Part shown: one piece after another, positions 38,996 through 51,700 of the stretch
Layout: every line of letters starts with the position of its first letter
Position numbering within the stretch: the stretch's first letter is position 1
Assembly: GCF_036321535.1 (NCBI RefSeq)
Contig: NC_087437.1
Location: 67,024,001 to 67,088,000, forward strand
From: Camelus dromedarius
Lineage: Eukaryota
Length of the DNA stretch: 64,000 bases
Reading direction: 5' to 3'
Position numbers and translations under genes: made by a program
Notes under the pieces: model-generated
Databases searched by the model: none
Seen by the model: the letters and a program-made list of their open reading frames with translations, nothing else
Told to the model about the DNA's origin: nothing

Positions 38996-40891
38996 AAGAT
39001 TGGTGTAATTTCTTGAACCTCTCTTTTTACTTTGAACTTTTTTTCTTCAATCCCAAAGTGGCTATGGAGTCATTGTAACTTATCTGAGAGCCCGTGGACT
39101 TATTATAGCTCCAGGATCAGATTCACAGAGCCAGGTCCATAAATCAGAAGTTGCATGAGTGCTTGGAGATGGGAGTGAGGGTGGTAACTGTTTTGTCCTA
39201 CCAGTCTGGAAGAGGTATTTGCTAGAATCTGTTAACCTACTGAATAAAGGCTTTTTGAATGTAGATTCAAATGATGTATAAACAGGCTTTGCACTCTTTC
39301 ACTAAATGTTTAAGGAACACCGTGTAAATTAACTGTGTGCTGGAATCTTAGTCTATGATTTATACATGAACGTAATAAGAGATGTTTAAAAGGGAAGTAT
39401 TTGGGTGAAATCTACCAGTGTGGGTTGACAACTGGGAGATCCATAGCATCTAGACTTACGTCTGCCATGTGAGTTTTTCAAAATGCTAATAACTCTCATA
39501 TTCTTTCTTATTAATTTCACATTTTGGAATATAGGTTGTTTGTGCTGTTTTTGGTACAGTTCCCTGCTCTTCCTCTTAGTGCCAGTTTAAGGAATTGCTA
39601 ATTGTCCATTCTTGCTGGGAAGTACTGATTTCCATTTGAATATAACAGTCTTTTTGCTAAAACTTTCCTCTGGTTGATTCGAGCAAATACAAGAAGCCTT
39701 CTGTTTGTGGACTGAATGTTCAGCCAGCCATGACGTGGCCACTATTCTCAATGAGGCTTATTCATCACTTTGCGTGCTGGTGCATTGTACGGGCCTTGCC
39801 CAGGATCCTGGGCCTTTGAATGGAGAGCTTCTCCTCTGCTTACCTCCATACACTGTCAGTATTCAAATACTCTGTTCTCGATCTTTTCCAGACCTGGTGG
39901 ATAATTAGATCTTTTTTGTTTTCTGTTGATTCCCAATAGTGTCTTGCAGATGCTAGGCACTGATTGCGAATTTGTTCATTTCCTAATAACAAAATGGCAA
40001 TTAATGCTCTTAGGAGATAGTTTTATGTTCTCTTCTCGTATATGTGAACATTTTATCTTCTGTCCAATGTCATTTTATAGAGACATAGGGGATATGTTTT
40101 TATAAAATAAAATGAAATGGCAGTTGATGATCTTAGATTCAAAGTTTATTACTCTTCAGGTAAATTAAACTTTTTAATATTTAATCTTGTATAGTTGTTG
40201 AACAATTAGATTAAATTCACAGGTTAATTGCTGCATTTCACTTATATAGATTCAGCTGTAGAGATACAAAAGGAGTTACTTGTCTCAGCTCATGACTAGA
40301 AGGCAGTAGAAGTTGTTATAAAACTAATCCTGTTACATACTTTGGTAAAATCATGTGTCCTGAAGGATAGCCGGCACTTACCACGAGAGCCTGGTAAAGT
40401 ACAGTCAGTCCACCATAACGTGGATATTGGGCCTGTCCCGCAACAGTGGTGTTAGGATAAGTGGTCCCTGTGTGGATTAGTTATGGCTAATTGGTGTGTA
40501 AATATCCATGACTGAATAATATTTGAATTGTTTTGGACTACATCTAACAGCAGACTTTAAAAAAAAATTTCATGAAAAATAGCGTATACTTGCCTCACAT
40601 TCCCCGTTCCTCTTGCTTCCTCTCAAGAGTCGCTGTGCTTTAGGGACCCACTGAGCCTGTGACCTCTATTCTGAGAAGGTGCATGTTTTTGGAGCTCAGT
40701 GGAGCTTACATTGGGGTTGCGAGGGCTGCACTTTCCCTGAAGATGGGGGAGCTTCCAGAGGAGCTGGTTGACTCAACAGTTTTCACTGGAGGGACTGAAA
40801 CTTGCCCTGGGGACATTTCAGGAAATACTCATATCTTCTGGCCAAGGGACCTTCCCTCCCCACCCACCAACAGAACACATACACATACAAG

Positions 40892-40919
40892 CACACACAC
40901 ACACACACACACACACACA
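40892..40919. repeat. (CA)14 microsatellite with imperfect 5' extension from ~40875
   Basis: Directly visible. Confidence 0.95.
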
Positions 40920-43900
40920 GCCCATGTCCTTCAGAGGTTCCTTGAATCCATGGAATTCTCTGGACTGAAAGTGAGTCTTGGTTTGATACTTCCTGAGGTG
41001 AGTACCTCACACCTGCTGTTGTCCAGAACTAACTTGTAGGGGGTCTCAGAACTCAGAAGACCCTAGAGTTGCCATGGGACTGAGAGTGAAGGGACTACTC
41101 TTATTCCCCTTTGTTCCTCCCACAGTGTCTACAGTACTGCTCTGTGCATAGAATGTGCAAAATGAATGTTGGTTACAACTCTTTATCCATTTTTCTTCTC
41201 CACAGACACATGTAAATGTTTTTAGGTTGTTTAAGCCCAGTATCGTTCTAGAATTTTGCATTTCATCACTGAAATCTCTCCTGTCTCTCAGCAACAGACT
41301 CATCATCCTTTTATTTACTGAACTTTCACATTTTCATTCAGAATTTCCTGTTTTATTCCAGTCTCTCTCCTGTCTCTCAGTAACCCCACTTATCATTCTT
41401 ACACTTACTGGTCTCCCCTTTGTATCATCAGGCCACTTACTGAATGACGTGAACAACTGTGTAATTACAGATTCTGATCCATATTGATGAGTAAGGAATG
41501 TTACGCATTCCCACCTGTGAAACATTCCTCTAATGATACAGGTGTGCTCCAGCATGACAATTATGCACCTCAGGGTTATATAGTTTTTGTAAGTTTTAAA
41601 TTGTTCACATTCTCTCTCCAGGTAGCCCACAGATAGATGAAGGCTTAACTTAAAAACAATTCTTCCTAAAGAGAAATATAATGTGGCTCTAAATTGCTTG
41701 ATTTCTCTGTTTTAATTTTAATCTAAATGTATGTGTAATAATGATAATTATTTACTCATTTGAGTATCATCTATGATATAAGACAAGTGATATTTTTTCC
41801 TGAAAATAGTTTGTTCTGGTTGCAACAAGTCAACATATTTTCCGTGTATTATGCAAAATAAAAACTCCTTTTTGTTGTCTGCTTCTTAAAAAAACTTAAC
41901 CATTTCTCGAAGCCATTCTTTGTTGCCTGTTTTCCCTGACATAATGCAGGTTTCCTTCACTTCCCACCTACATCATCCCAGTATGTTCATAATTAGTCTC
42001 TGTCCCTCCCTCCTTTCTCCCTCCCTTCAGGTCTATCTGCCACACTTCTGAAAGACTGTCTTTAATGAAAATACAAATGCATCCTTCTCCTGATTATAAA
42101 AATGTTCAGTGGTTCCCTCTTGTGTTTTGGGTAAAGCCCAGAGCCTACATTATACAATCATACAAGTCTCTTTGAATCTTCCTGCACCTTTACTGTTTAT
42201 TACTTGCCTCAGAGTTCGTGCTCTAAACATACCGTCCCCTCTTATGACCCTCGAGCTTCTGCAGATGCTCTTCCTCTGCCTGGGGTGCCTTTTATGTCTC
42301 ACTGTCTCTGATGTATCCTTTGCAGCTCAAAGGTTATCTCCCCTCTGGAGCCTCTCTTAAGTCTCCCAGGCCATTTGTCTTCCTTGTCCAAAAGCTGGTT
42401 CTGGACCATAGCAGGTCTGAGGCGCTCACTTCAGTATCAGCTAACTAGATGTGGCTTTGTGCTATGCCTCGTGTCAGTAGTCTCTGAGAAATCTTGCGTG
42501 CACGACATCTCCACGTCCTTAGCACAAGTGATAAAATAGCTCTCTGCTGTAGGGGAGGAGTAGAGAACTAGCAACACCGCTGAAGCAGCCTTTTAGCAAA
42601 TAGTGGCTTGCAGGAGAATGTTTGCTGCCAGTTAAAAATGAAATGCTTTTAATTTTTCTGGTTTTACTGACATGTCACATGCAGATGCCATTCTGTCCTC
42701 CAGGTCTCCCACCCTTGGAGACAGTCCAGCCCTCGCACCCTGCCCTCCATCCGCATTCACAGTTCATTAGTCAGTTTGTCTTCAGAATCTGCGTTTTGGG
42801 AAGTTGTATTTGCCCAGCTTCAGAAGCTCGGAACTTGTCCCATATCTGTGATTTTTGGAGCAGTGTTCTGCTGTGGTGGAAAGCCCTGGAAACCTGAGCT
42901 CCAGCCCCAGCTTTGCTTCTCATTGACTGAGTGACTGGGCAAGTCCTACTCCATTTATAACTTGTGTGCTCATTTGAAAATCCAGACTAGATGATTTGTA
43001 GTGTCGTCTTTTAACTCTTCCCTTTGGTCCACATGGGCGCTGGTGCTTCTCTTGCTTTGATTTCGGTATTTAACCCTGGCTGGTGATCTTCATATACTGT
43101 CATATACACACTGTGCCAGCAATTACCATATTATGTTGACACCCCCTTTGCTTTTTTTCCCTCTCCCAGGGTACTGTAGTTTCCTCAAAGACATCTTGTT
43201 CGTCTTTGGGTTATCTGCTCTTGGCTCAGGGTCTCAATTCCCACTCTGTAAATGTTGGTTGACTTAAGCTGAACTGTGTCCTTTGTTTTTGCTACAGAGC
43301 TTTGTTCAGCAATATGGGGAAGAAACCTTGCCTTGGTTGCATACTTGGTATCCAATTAAATATTACAGAACTGTTTCAGGTTGTAGAAGTCATGAAGCCC
43401 AGTTGGAGTGACCTGATCAGTCACATGACTGTGTAAAACAGGCAAGAGTTGTGGTTATTCATTCATTGTTCTCAGGAAGGTCTCATTGATTATTAGCTTG
43501 ATGAAGGATCTGAGTTGGTAGTCCTCTGTCTGGGCCTTCTTGGCCTCTGGCAGCTGAGAGAAGGATGTGAATTCCCTGCCCACAGACTATCCAGCCTGCA
43601 GGGCAGCCTGCCAAGAGTCTCAAGTCACATGGCCAGGGAGTTGCTGCTACATTTTGCCTTCCTCCTCTTTTTCAAGGCTGCCCTTGTCTCTCTGCCTGAA
43701 TTGTAGCTCTTTTAGTTCTCTGAGTGGTGAACTCCAAACATTGTTTAACAGTTGATGCAATCTTTACTGGGGCTGGATTACGTCCACCGAGTAGGCCAAG
43801 CGTGTTTTTATGACCCCACGTTACCAGACAGGACTCACAGCTGTGAGCAGTACGTTGAGCCCACGGTCCCCAGTACCCACGGTGAGCCCTGGAATGTCCC

Positions 43901-44999
43901 CAGCCCAGGGTGTGTGTGGGTGTGGTGCGAGAGGCAGCTTGTCCTTGCCCACGTCCTGGAGGAGAGAAGCCCCTGTGCAGTGGGATGAGCATGTGGACTA
44001 AGCCTCACACCCAGCTCCTCTCCGGAGGCGTTCTGTTTGCAGAGCGGAGCCCTGAGCCTCTTTGTGAGATCTCCTGTACCAAAATACTCAGCACCACGGG
44101 GAAGGTTCGTACTTCGAGCTGTGTTGTAATGGGGGTGATGGATTGAAACTGAGCCTCTGCTCACGTTTTCCTGTCCATGGGTTTATGAAATGGTTCACAG
44201 GGTTAGAAATTGAGTAGATGGGTATCTAGTGGAATGAAACTAATTAATGCTTAAGTTTATTGAACCACTGATCTCAACTTTCCTTAACATCATGTTCTAA
44301 GTAGCAGCAGTGGTCTTAGGATGACCCCATTACTCCAAGTCACCTATTCTGCTGAGAAATAAGGAGGAAAGAGAAAACTGTGAGTCTGGAGGAGAGCTTA
44401 GAAAATTTTCTCTTTTTTAATTCTTTGTATGGCCCTTTCTTTTTCTTTAATTGCTGTGTTTTCTGTCTTATGTGAGCAACACTATTGGATTCATGTAAAA
44501 CCTGTATCTTAATATTGATCCATCCACCTTCCAGCTATGTAGTCTTGGGATAATTTATTGTCCTCTCTGAGAGATAGTCTCCTTCTCAGTAAAGACAAGT
44601 TACTGCCACTACTTAACTTACGTGGCTGTTTTACACATGAAGTATCATGTGAAGGTGTGTACTTGGTGTGGTACCCCGCTGACCTGGGGGAGGCTAAAAA
44701 GGCTCCTTGCCATTTTCCTGTTAAATTGAGCATCCAAAGTATTTCTTAAGATAAATCCCTCATTTGTACCTGTACTGACTGAAAACTGGAAGAAAATGTT
44801 ACAAATAGCATCAAGTAGAAATTGAGGCACTTAATGAAAAAGAATTTCGTTTCATGCACATTTCTTGGGCACCAGGCATTGTGAGTGGAGGGGAGGACAG
44901 CTTCCTGAGTTGTTAGCCATTCCCAGAGTGGGCCAGTGCCGTGGAGGTGCATCTGGTTTGCTGTGCAAATACGGGGTGGGGGTGGGGCTCCCCTCCTGA

Positions 45000-45780
45000 A
45001 GCCAGAGGGGGAGAGAGGGTGGCAGAAAGTCAGGGAAGGGTTCCTGAAGGGGTGGGCTTCTGGACTGTGGCTTGTTGCAGAGGGGGCAGACATTCCAGGC
45101 AGAGAGAGCTCGTGGGAAAGACAAGGAAGTGGGAAGTAGCTTGGGGAGTGCGGCCTCAGGTCATTCAGGCCTGCTTAACTGTAGTGCCCCCGCCCGGGCC
45201 TGTGTGACTTGGCCAGGCCAGGCTGGGAGGTGACGCTATCCCATGGAAGGCCTTTTTGTCATGCTGAGAAACTTGGTTTGTATCTTACAGAGAATGGGTG
45301 TAGTCATCCCAGGGCTCTACTCTGGGGTGTGGTGTGATCAGTTTTGCATTTTAGAAGCATCCCTCTGGTGCTAGTGCACAGAATCTGTTGGCGGGAGGTC
45401 AGATGAGGAGAAGGGGGGTGCCATATGCTAAGAGGCTGGTGCAAGGGTTCAGAGAGCAATGATGAGAGTCTGATTGAAAGAGAAGGGATAAAGAGGAGGA
45501 CACCAATGAGAGTGACTGAGGAGGTAAAATGTGTGATTCCGTCACCTTGCAGGATGAAACAGCCTCCCGGGGGAATCTCCCAGGTTCTTGTCTTGGGTGC
45601 ATTGAAATGGACGATAAAGGAAGATCAGATGTTGGGAAAAGATGATAAATTCAATTTTGGACAAATGGAATTGGTTCTGCTTGTGGAATGATCTAAGGGA
45701 AGGGAAATCCAGGAAGCAATTCAGTATATGGGTCCAGGGCTTAAGGCAAGTCAGAGCCAGAAATGTAGCTTTTCACCTTA
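45000..45780 (-). mobile_element. L2 fragment
   Basis: gatcagttttgcattttagaagcatccctctggtgc...ctcccaggttcttgtcttgggtgc...gatgataaattcaattttggaca. Confidence 0.7.
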
Positions 45781-47424
45781 ATTGATAATAATAAGATAGG
45801 AAACATCAAGTAAAATGGTCCTTTTGTCCTTGCACTGTGACAGAAGGACAGCAATTTATAATACATCACAAATGGAGCTGTCATTGAAAATGCCTCATAG
45901 ATCCCCTCCCCTCCCACCTCAGTCCTCTCCTTAATAGAGATATAGAATATTGTTACCTCCCTTTTGTCACTAATCCCTGTAGTGCCTTTTGGTTTGAAAT
46001 ACTGCTTTGAAATTAAATAAGATTGAAATTTGAAGGATCTTAAATTTTAATGTGATACTTTATGTAACTCCAGGCTGCATTTTAATGTGGCTTAGCATGA
46101 CTTCTGATGCCTTTGGGAGTGCTTCTCAGTAATTTATTATTATTACCACTATTTTATCATTAGCTCGCAGATAAAAGTTGAGGGAAAATTATTAGAACAA
46201 TCGGAGTGTGTTCCCTGAGCTGTAAAAGGGCTGAATAGAATGTAAGTGTCTCGGATGCGATGGCTTTCTGTCTTCTCACTTGGCACACACCCTACCTTCC
46301 CTCTCCTGGGGACTCTGCAGTTTTAGATCAGAATCAAGGCATCACTGGGTGGCAGCGTCCAGTGACAGAGTTCTTGCTGCTTGGAATTTTTGCGATAATC
46401 TTCCACATCTTCACCTTTCCCGCTACCAGTCCCTCTTCTTTTCTCAGCAAGGAGGGCAGGCTTCATCTTCTTCCCGTGGACCTTAGGGAGCCGCATTCTT
46501 GGGTGTTTTTCTATTCCTTTGTGGTCTGTACATGTTGTCCTTAATTTTTCTCTTGTCGGTATGGAGATTTATGGTAACCTGTCCCTTTCCCCTTCCATTT
46601 GAATATGCATAGAAAACCAGCCATTGTGTTCTGGCTTACTTGAAATTATAGATTTGTCAGTCTTTTATTTCTCTCTCTCTCTCTCTCACCCTGTCCTACT
46701 GTCCATTAAGATGACAAGTATTCTAGGTCCAGTCACCGCCACACCCCCTGCCCTCACCTTCCAGATATACCTGTAGGCCTCTGCACTGCTCTAGCTCTAT
46801 GACCAAGCGCACTTGTCTTGAAGTGCTTCTTGTACGGGGAAGTTCACTGTCTCAAATGGCTCATTTCATTTTCAGCAGCTACATTTGTTAAGAGGCTTTC
46901 TTTCTGTAACCCGTGATGTGGTGGTATATTAACCGATGCGCTTTCTGTTCCTGGTACTTCCTGCTGCCCTCTGACAGTTTTCTTTTTTTTCTGATTATCA
47001 GGGGAGGGGAGAGTCATCTCAGCAGAATGTGAAGAAGAGGCAAGTGTTTGGTTTCTGATTTCAGAAATTACAAAGCCTGGGTCTGACTATAAAGCTAAAT
47101 TGGGGAAAGTCAGGAAAAAAGATTTTGTAGACAAGTTGAGAAAGAGTCAGATAGGGAGTTGAGAGAGCCTAGATGTTGGCATTGTGCTTGAAAGAACCTT
47201 AGGAAAGTTTGATGAATTCTAATGGAGAGTGAATTTCCCCCTAAGACCTCAGAGCAGAACTGTAAAGATTAAGTATCTGCCTCTCAGCTAAATGGGGGCT
47301 GACAACCAAAAGTAAGTTTAGTTACTGAAAAAAATTAGAAGAGCGAAATTAGATTTCTTGCCCATGTGATTTGTAGACTGAGACTTGTATCTATTATCTC
47401 TGTATTGGGTAACAGTGAGACATA

Positions 47425-47645
47425 AGGGGTAACTGCTTAGGCTTGGAAGCCAGATTAATTTGGGTTTAAGTCTTGGCTCTGTGTAGTATCCTAGTCAAGT
47501 TACTTAATCTCTCTGAGTCTGTTTTTCTCATTTGTGTAACTGTGATCGTAATACCCACTTTGTGGGAGTGTTTTGATACGTAGATGAAATACGCGTGTGG
47601 TATCTAGAATGGTGCCTGGCTTTTAAGAGGCACTTAAAAATACTG
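47425..47645 (+). mobile_element. MIR
   Basis: caagttacttaatctctctgagtctgtttttctcatttgtgtaactgtgatcgtaataccc (MIR core). Confidence 0.8.
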
Positions 47646-47799
47646 TCTCACTTAATTTTTCTCTCTCAGTACTACCTCTTATTTTGTCCTCTAAAGACTT
47701 AATACAGTATATCTGAATCCTTCTTTCATCTGATAGGCTTACAAATATTTGAAGACCAATATCGTTAATAGTGCCTGGCAGCGTGTCTTGCGTATTGAG

Positions 47800-48360
47800 A
47801 AGCAGTGTGACATAGTGTATTCTGGAGCCCATTGCTTGGATTTGTTTTTTAACACCTTTATCGTGGTATGGTTCCTATACTGTAAACTACGCATATTTCA
47901 AATGTACAATTTAATGGATTGTGATAGATGTATGTACACCAGTGAATCCACTACCACAATCAAGATAGGTAACATTCAAGATAGCATTTCCATCAGTCCC
48001 CAAGAGGTGCAGTTTTCGAATTCCCAATTTATCCCTTCCCACGTCTTTTACCCTGTGGTAATCATAAGTTTGTTCTCTATGTCTGTGAATCTGTTTCTGT
48101 TTTGTAGATAAGTTCATTTGTGTCCTTTTTTTTTTTTTAAGGTTCAACTTATAAGCGTATCCCCAGCTAGGCCCCTTAGTAGCTTAGGTAAGTTACTTAA
48201 CGTCTTTGGACCTCAATTTCTTTGTTTACAAAATGGGATAATATTAATAATAATAATAATAATACTTATCTCATGAGGTGGTTTTGGATATTCAAGATGT
48301 TAATACATATAAAGATTTCCAGGTGCATGGTAGTTAATTGCGCATGTAGTAAGTGCCTCC
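47800..48360 (+). mobile_element. MIR split by an antisense chimeric L1 piece (47845-48157)
   Basis: MIR head tctggagcccattgcttggatttg resumes as tatccccagct...ggtaagttacttaacgtctttggacctcaatttctttgtttacaaaatgggata after ~310 bp of L1 3' sequence. Confidence 0.75.
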
Positions 48361-48361
48361 T

Positions 48362-48731
48362 TGTGACAGAGACAACACTGCTTGTTCACCTAGTCCTGTC
48401 TTATTTTCCTCTTTAGAGCCTGACCAGGCTGCTTTTTCTTGTCTTACTTGCAGTTAGGCTGGGGCTGTGTACTTATTCTGAACAGTAGGTTACAAATGGA
48501 GGTGATAGGTGTCATTTATGAGCCAAAGCTCTTTGCCAGGTGGATTGTGGAGACCTACATGGGGAGCTGATGGTATCACAGGGTGATGCCAGTCTGGGTC
48601 CCCGGGTCATCATTTAGTAGAGAGCTTCTGGATCCCTAGAGGACACTGTGTGAGCACACTTTGTGTAAAGCTGCTGAGATTTCAGAGTTAATCTGTTACA
48701 GAGGCATAATGTAGCCAACGTGGATTAATAT
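48362..48731 (+). mobile_element. MaLR solo LTR (MLT1I/J-like)
   Basis: Starts tgtgacagagac; cttgcagttaggctggggctgtgtac; ends taaagctgctgagatttcagagttaatctgttacagaggcataa...taatata. Confidence 0.7.
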
Positions 48732-51700
48732 AACATGACTGTTACGATTATTGGTTAGTGGAATACCAAATGACAGAAACTGTTGAGTCAGTTTTAGTGG
48801 AGGCCTTTTCAATTAAGGAGAGAGGAGGGAATTTTATTAAGGTAACAAAGTTAAGACAGGGACATTAATTTTTCTTTTTCAAGTAGGTTTCATGGAAGTG
48901 ATAAAATTCTTTGCCCTTCTTTTTCTTGCCCTGCATCCTATAATGGAAATTGATTTGTTTTAAAGCTTCTTACAGCTTGTTAAACGTCAAACAGTTGTGT
49001 TGTGGAATGGTAATTGGTAATTTTGTTAGTGACCAAGTCTACTGGATACTATTTGATAGTACTGACAGGGGCATGAGAGGAGTTTGAAAGGATAGCGCCA
49101 AGGTTAGAGCCTGTTATTACCACTGGCCAGTAAAAAAAAAAAAATGTTGGGTAAACAAACTGGTTTTTTAGGAGAAGATACTGACTTCATTTGTGGATAC
49201 TGAGTTTGAAGAGTATTAGCATGGTGGTTGGAAGCTTGACACTCCATCTCTTGTGGAAAGCTGGGCCAACAGTAGTTTAGATAGAGACTTTTTGTTGTTA
49301 GGCCCAAATTACCTCAGTCCCCAAATTTATATTTGATAGAGCGCATCTTTGAGATTATAGAACAGGTTTGTGAAAGTATGTGATTTATTAGGTAGACTCC
49401 GGACACACTTTCTATGAGCACATCTTCTTTTGTTCAGCAAGGGGTACAAATTTATCTGTTATATATAGTAGCAGAAACCTACGTGGAATGAGTAAAGTTA
49501 TTTTTTTAAGGAAGTGTACTGCTGAAGAAAATAGAAAAATGGCATAGCATTTTAAAAATATACATATTTGGCTTTGTGAACGAAATGATAGTTTTTACTT
49601 TTCAAGGCAACGTTTCTTCAGTAAAAGGATGAGAGAGGAGAATTTCTTCTCTGTCAAATGTAATCTGTAGCCATCTGCTGCCCTATCTCATTATGTTCTT
49701 CATGTAATTAGAGCAATTAGGATGAGGCTTGCACTATATATTGGTCTTGGAAAGAGGGTTGAGCTATTTGCAGGCTTATTTTGAGAGGCTGGAGATTAAT
49801 GGCCTAATCTTTTAGGTAAACTGATGGGAACTGAGAAATGTGTAGGCTAGTAAAAGAAGGGCAGTTTTTTCTCTTCTCTGTAATGTTGCTTTCTTATCAC
49901 CATGGTAACTAGGTATCTTAAATATGTTTTTAATAAGATTAGCTCAAAAGGCAATAGAGAAGGGAGGGTGTAGAGGAAAGAGAGGAGATGGCCTCCATGG
50001 TATGGTGACTGGGGTGGAAGCCTCTCCCTAGGTTTTTCACACTGAGCTGATTGGAAGGAAGGAATGACGGAAAGGAGGAGGAGGAGAACTGAAAGGAGGC
50101 AGCGTTAGTGAAAGACGCGCAGAATTCTCTTCTGAGGAGCCAGTCACGGGAATGTGGCGTGCGTACGGAGGAGGGCGAGGGGACTAGGTGCCGCAGCAGA
50201 GGAGCTTTAGCACCGTGGGCTCCCTCGGATGGCGCCACGCTGCCACCCCACAAGCCAGCTGGGGTGCCGGGGCGTTCCACTCCCTGGGAGGGGCTTCTGG
50301 TCAGGGCTGACAGTTCTTCCTCCCTGCTCTGTCTGCCTCTGTCCCCTCATCTGCATTGCAATTGCCAGTGCACTAGTGGTAATTCTCAGGACCAGTAATG
50401 AACTATTGCATGATTTTTCCATCTGGTCTTTGTTAAGTCATTATCTACTTCAGTTCAACCTACCCGTGGCCACCAGATACATTTTTATGAAATATCACTT
50501 CATTTTTTCTCTCTTTTTATTCACATTCTTCCTGCATTGCCGACAATGCGACATGTCTCATCCTGGCATTCAGGGTCCCCTATAAGGAGACTGACTCCCG
50601 TTATCACCCATAGCTCTTCTGCCTGAGCCCTACTGCTTCCTGCTAGTCTAGCGTCATCCTTGTCTCAGGAATGTGTCCTGTTCATCTCTACTGCTGCGTC
50701 TCTGCACATGCTATTGCGCTTTTCTGAAAACCTCGTTTCTCTATTTAAGTCCTGAATCCTTCGAGGTCCTTCTCAGTAGTTAATATCCTAATTACTTTCT
50801 CCTACCATTGTCTCTTATATTTTTGCTTAATAGACCTTACAGTGCTCAGAAGTTTATAATATAATGGATGTTGAAAAGTTGGCAGTGATTGAACTGTAGG
50901 CCTTTACAAGTGGGAGAACTTCTGAGATCAGGATGGCTCATCTTGTTTTGAATTTCAAGTGGTTGCAGAACCAGCTCTTTGGGAACTCAGCTTAAAGATA
51001 GGAGTTGGGTCTTTATTTCATTGCTTTGTTTCATCTTCTGTGAGAGCGCTGGTGTCACTGGATTCCAGCATGCCCGGGCAGTTGACAGAGACATCCATTT
51101 TCTCCAGTTTTAAGGGGTGCATTGAATGTGTTTAGCTTCTGGGTGCCTGCCCAGGGCTGTCTGCATGGAACAGTTAATTCTAGGGGCTGTCCATGTTCCA
51201 CTCTATTCAGATCAGGACTGATTTATGTGTGCCAGGCCACTGCTGAGCTTGGCACATGCTGGGGGGCAGGAGAGGCCTGCTGGGCTCCCTGCATATGACA
51301 GATTCTGCTCCTGTTGGGTGGGGCATATGCCTGGGTGAGAGATCCCATGTGAGAGAGCAGCAGAGGGAGTAGGACACTGGGGGTGAGAGACTGAGTGTGA
51401 GCAGTGAGGGCAGAAAGGAAGGGGTTATTAAAAATAGAGGAAATTGGTATCTACGTTCCTAGTGGAAACAACTGGGGAGAGCAGGGTTGTGATGTCTTCC
51501 TCGGTATCCTGCATCTTTATCTGGGTCCTAGCATTGCCTGAAGGTTTCTGTCTCCAACTCTCTATTCATTTATGGCATGATCGATGCCTTATCCCAAGTT
51601 TAAGGAGGTGTTAATTCTTTATTAAAGGTGTCCATATTTGAGTTCTCCAGGGCTACTGAACTCTTTATTTTAGTTATGCCAGTGAGACCCTGGTCTGCGT

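Noticed and set aside
40145..40165. Recursive-splice-like AG|GT sites (tttattactcttcag|gtaaat here; also 18330, 41621, 48187)
   Set aside because: Recursive splicing is known in long first introns of neural Ig-CAM genes, but none of the sites I found combines a strong polypyrimidine tract with a strong GTRAG donor.
40628..40997. Possible cryptic exon / 126-aa ORF spanning the CA repeat
   Set aside because: Weak AAG acceptor, unusually long, and the ORF is inflated by the microsatellite (THTHTH).
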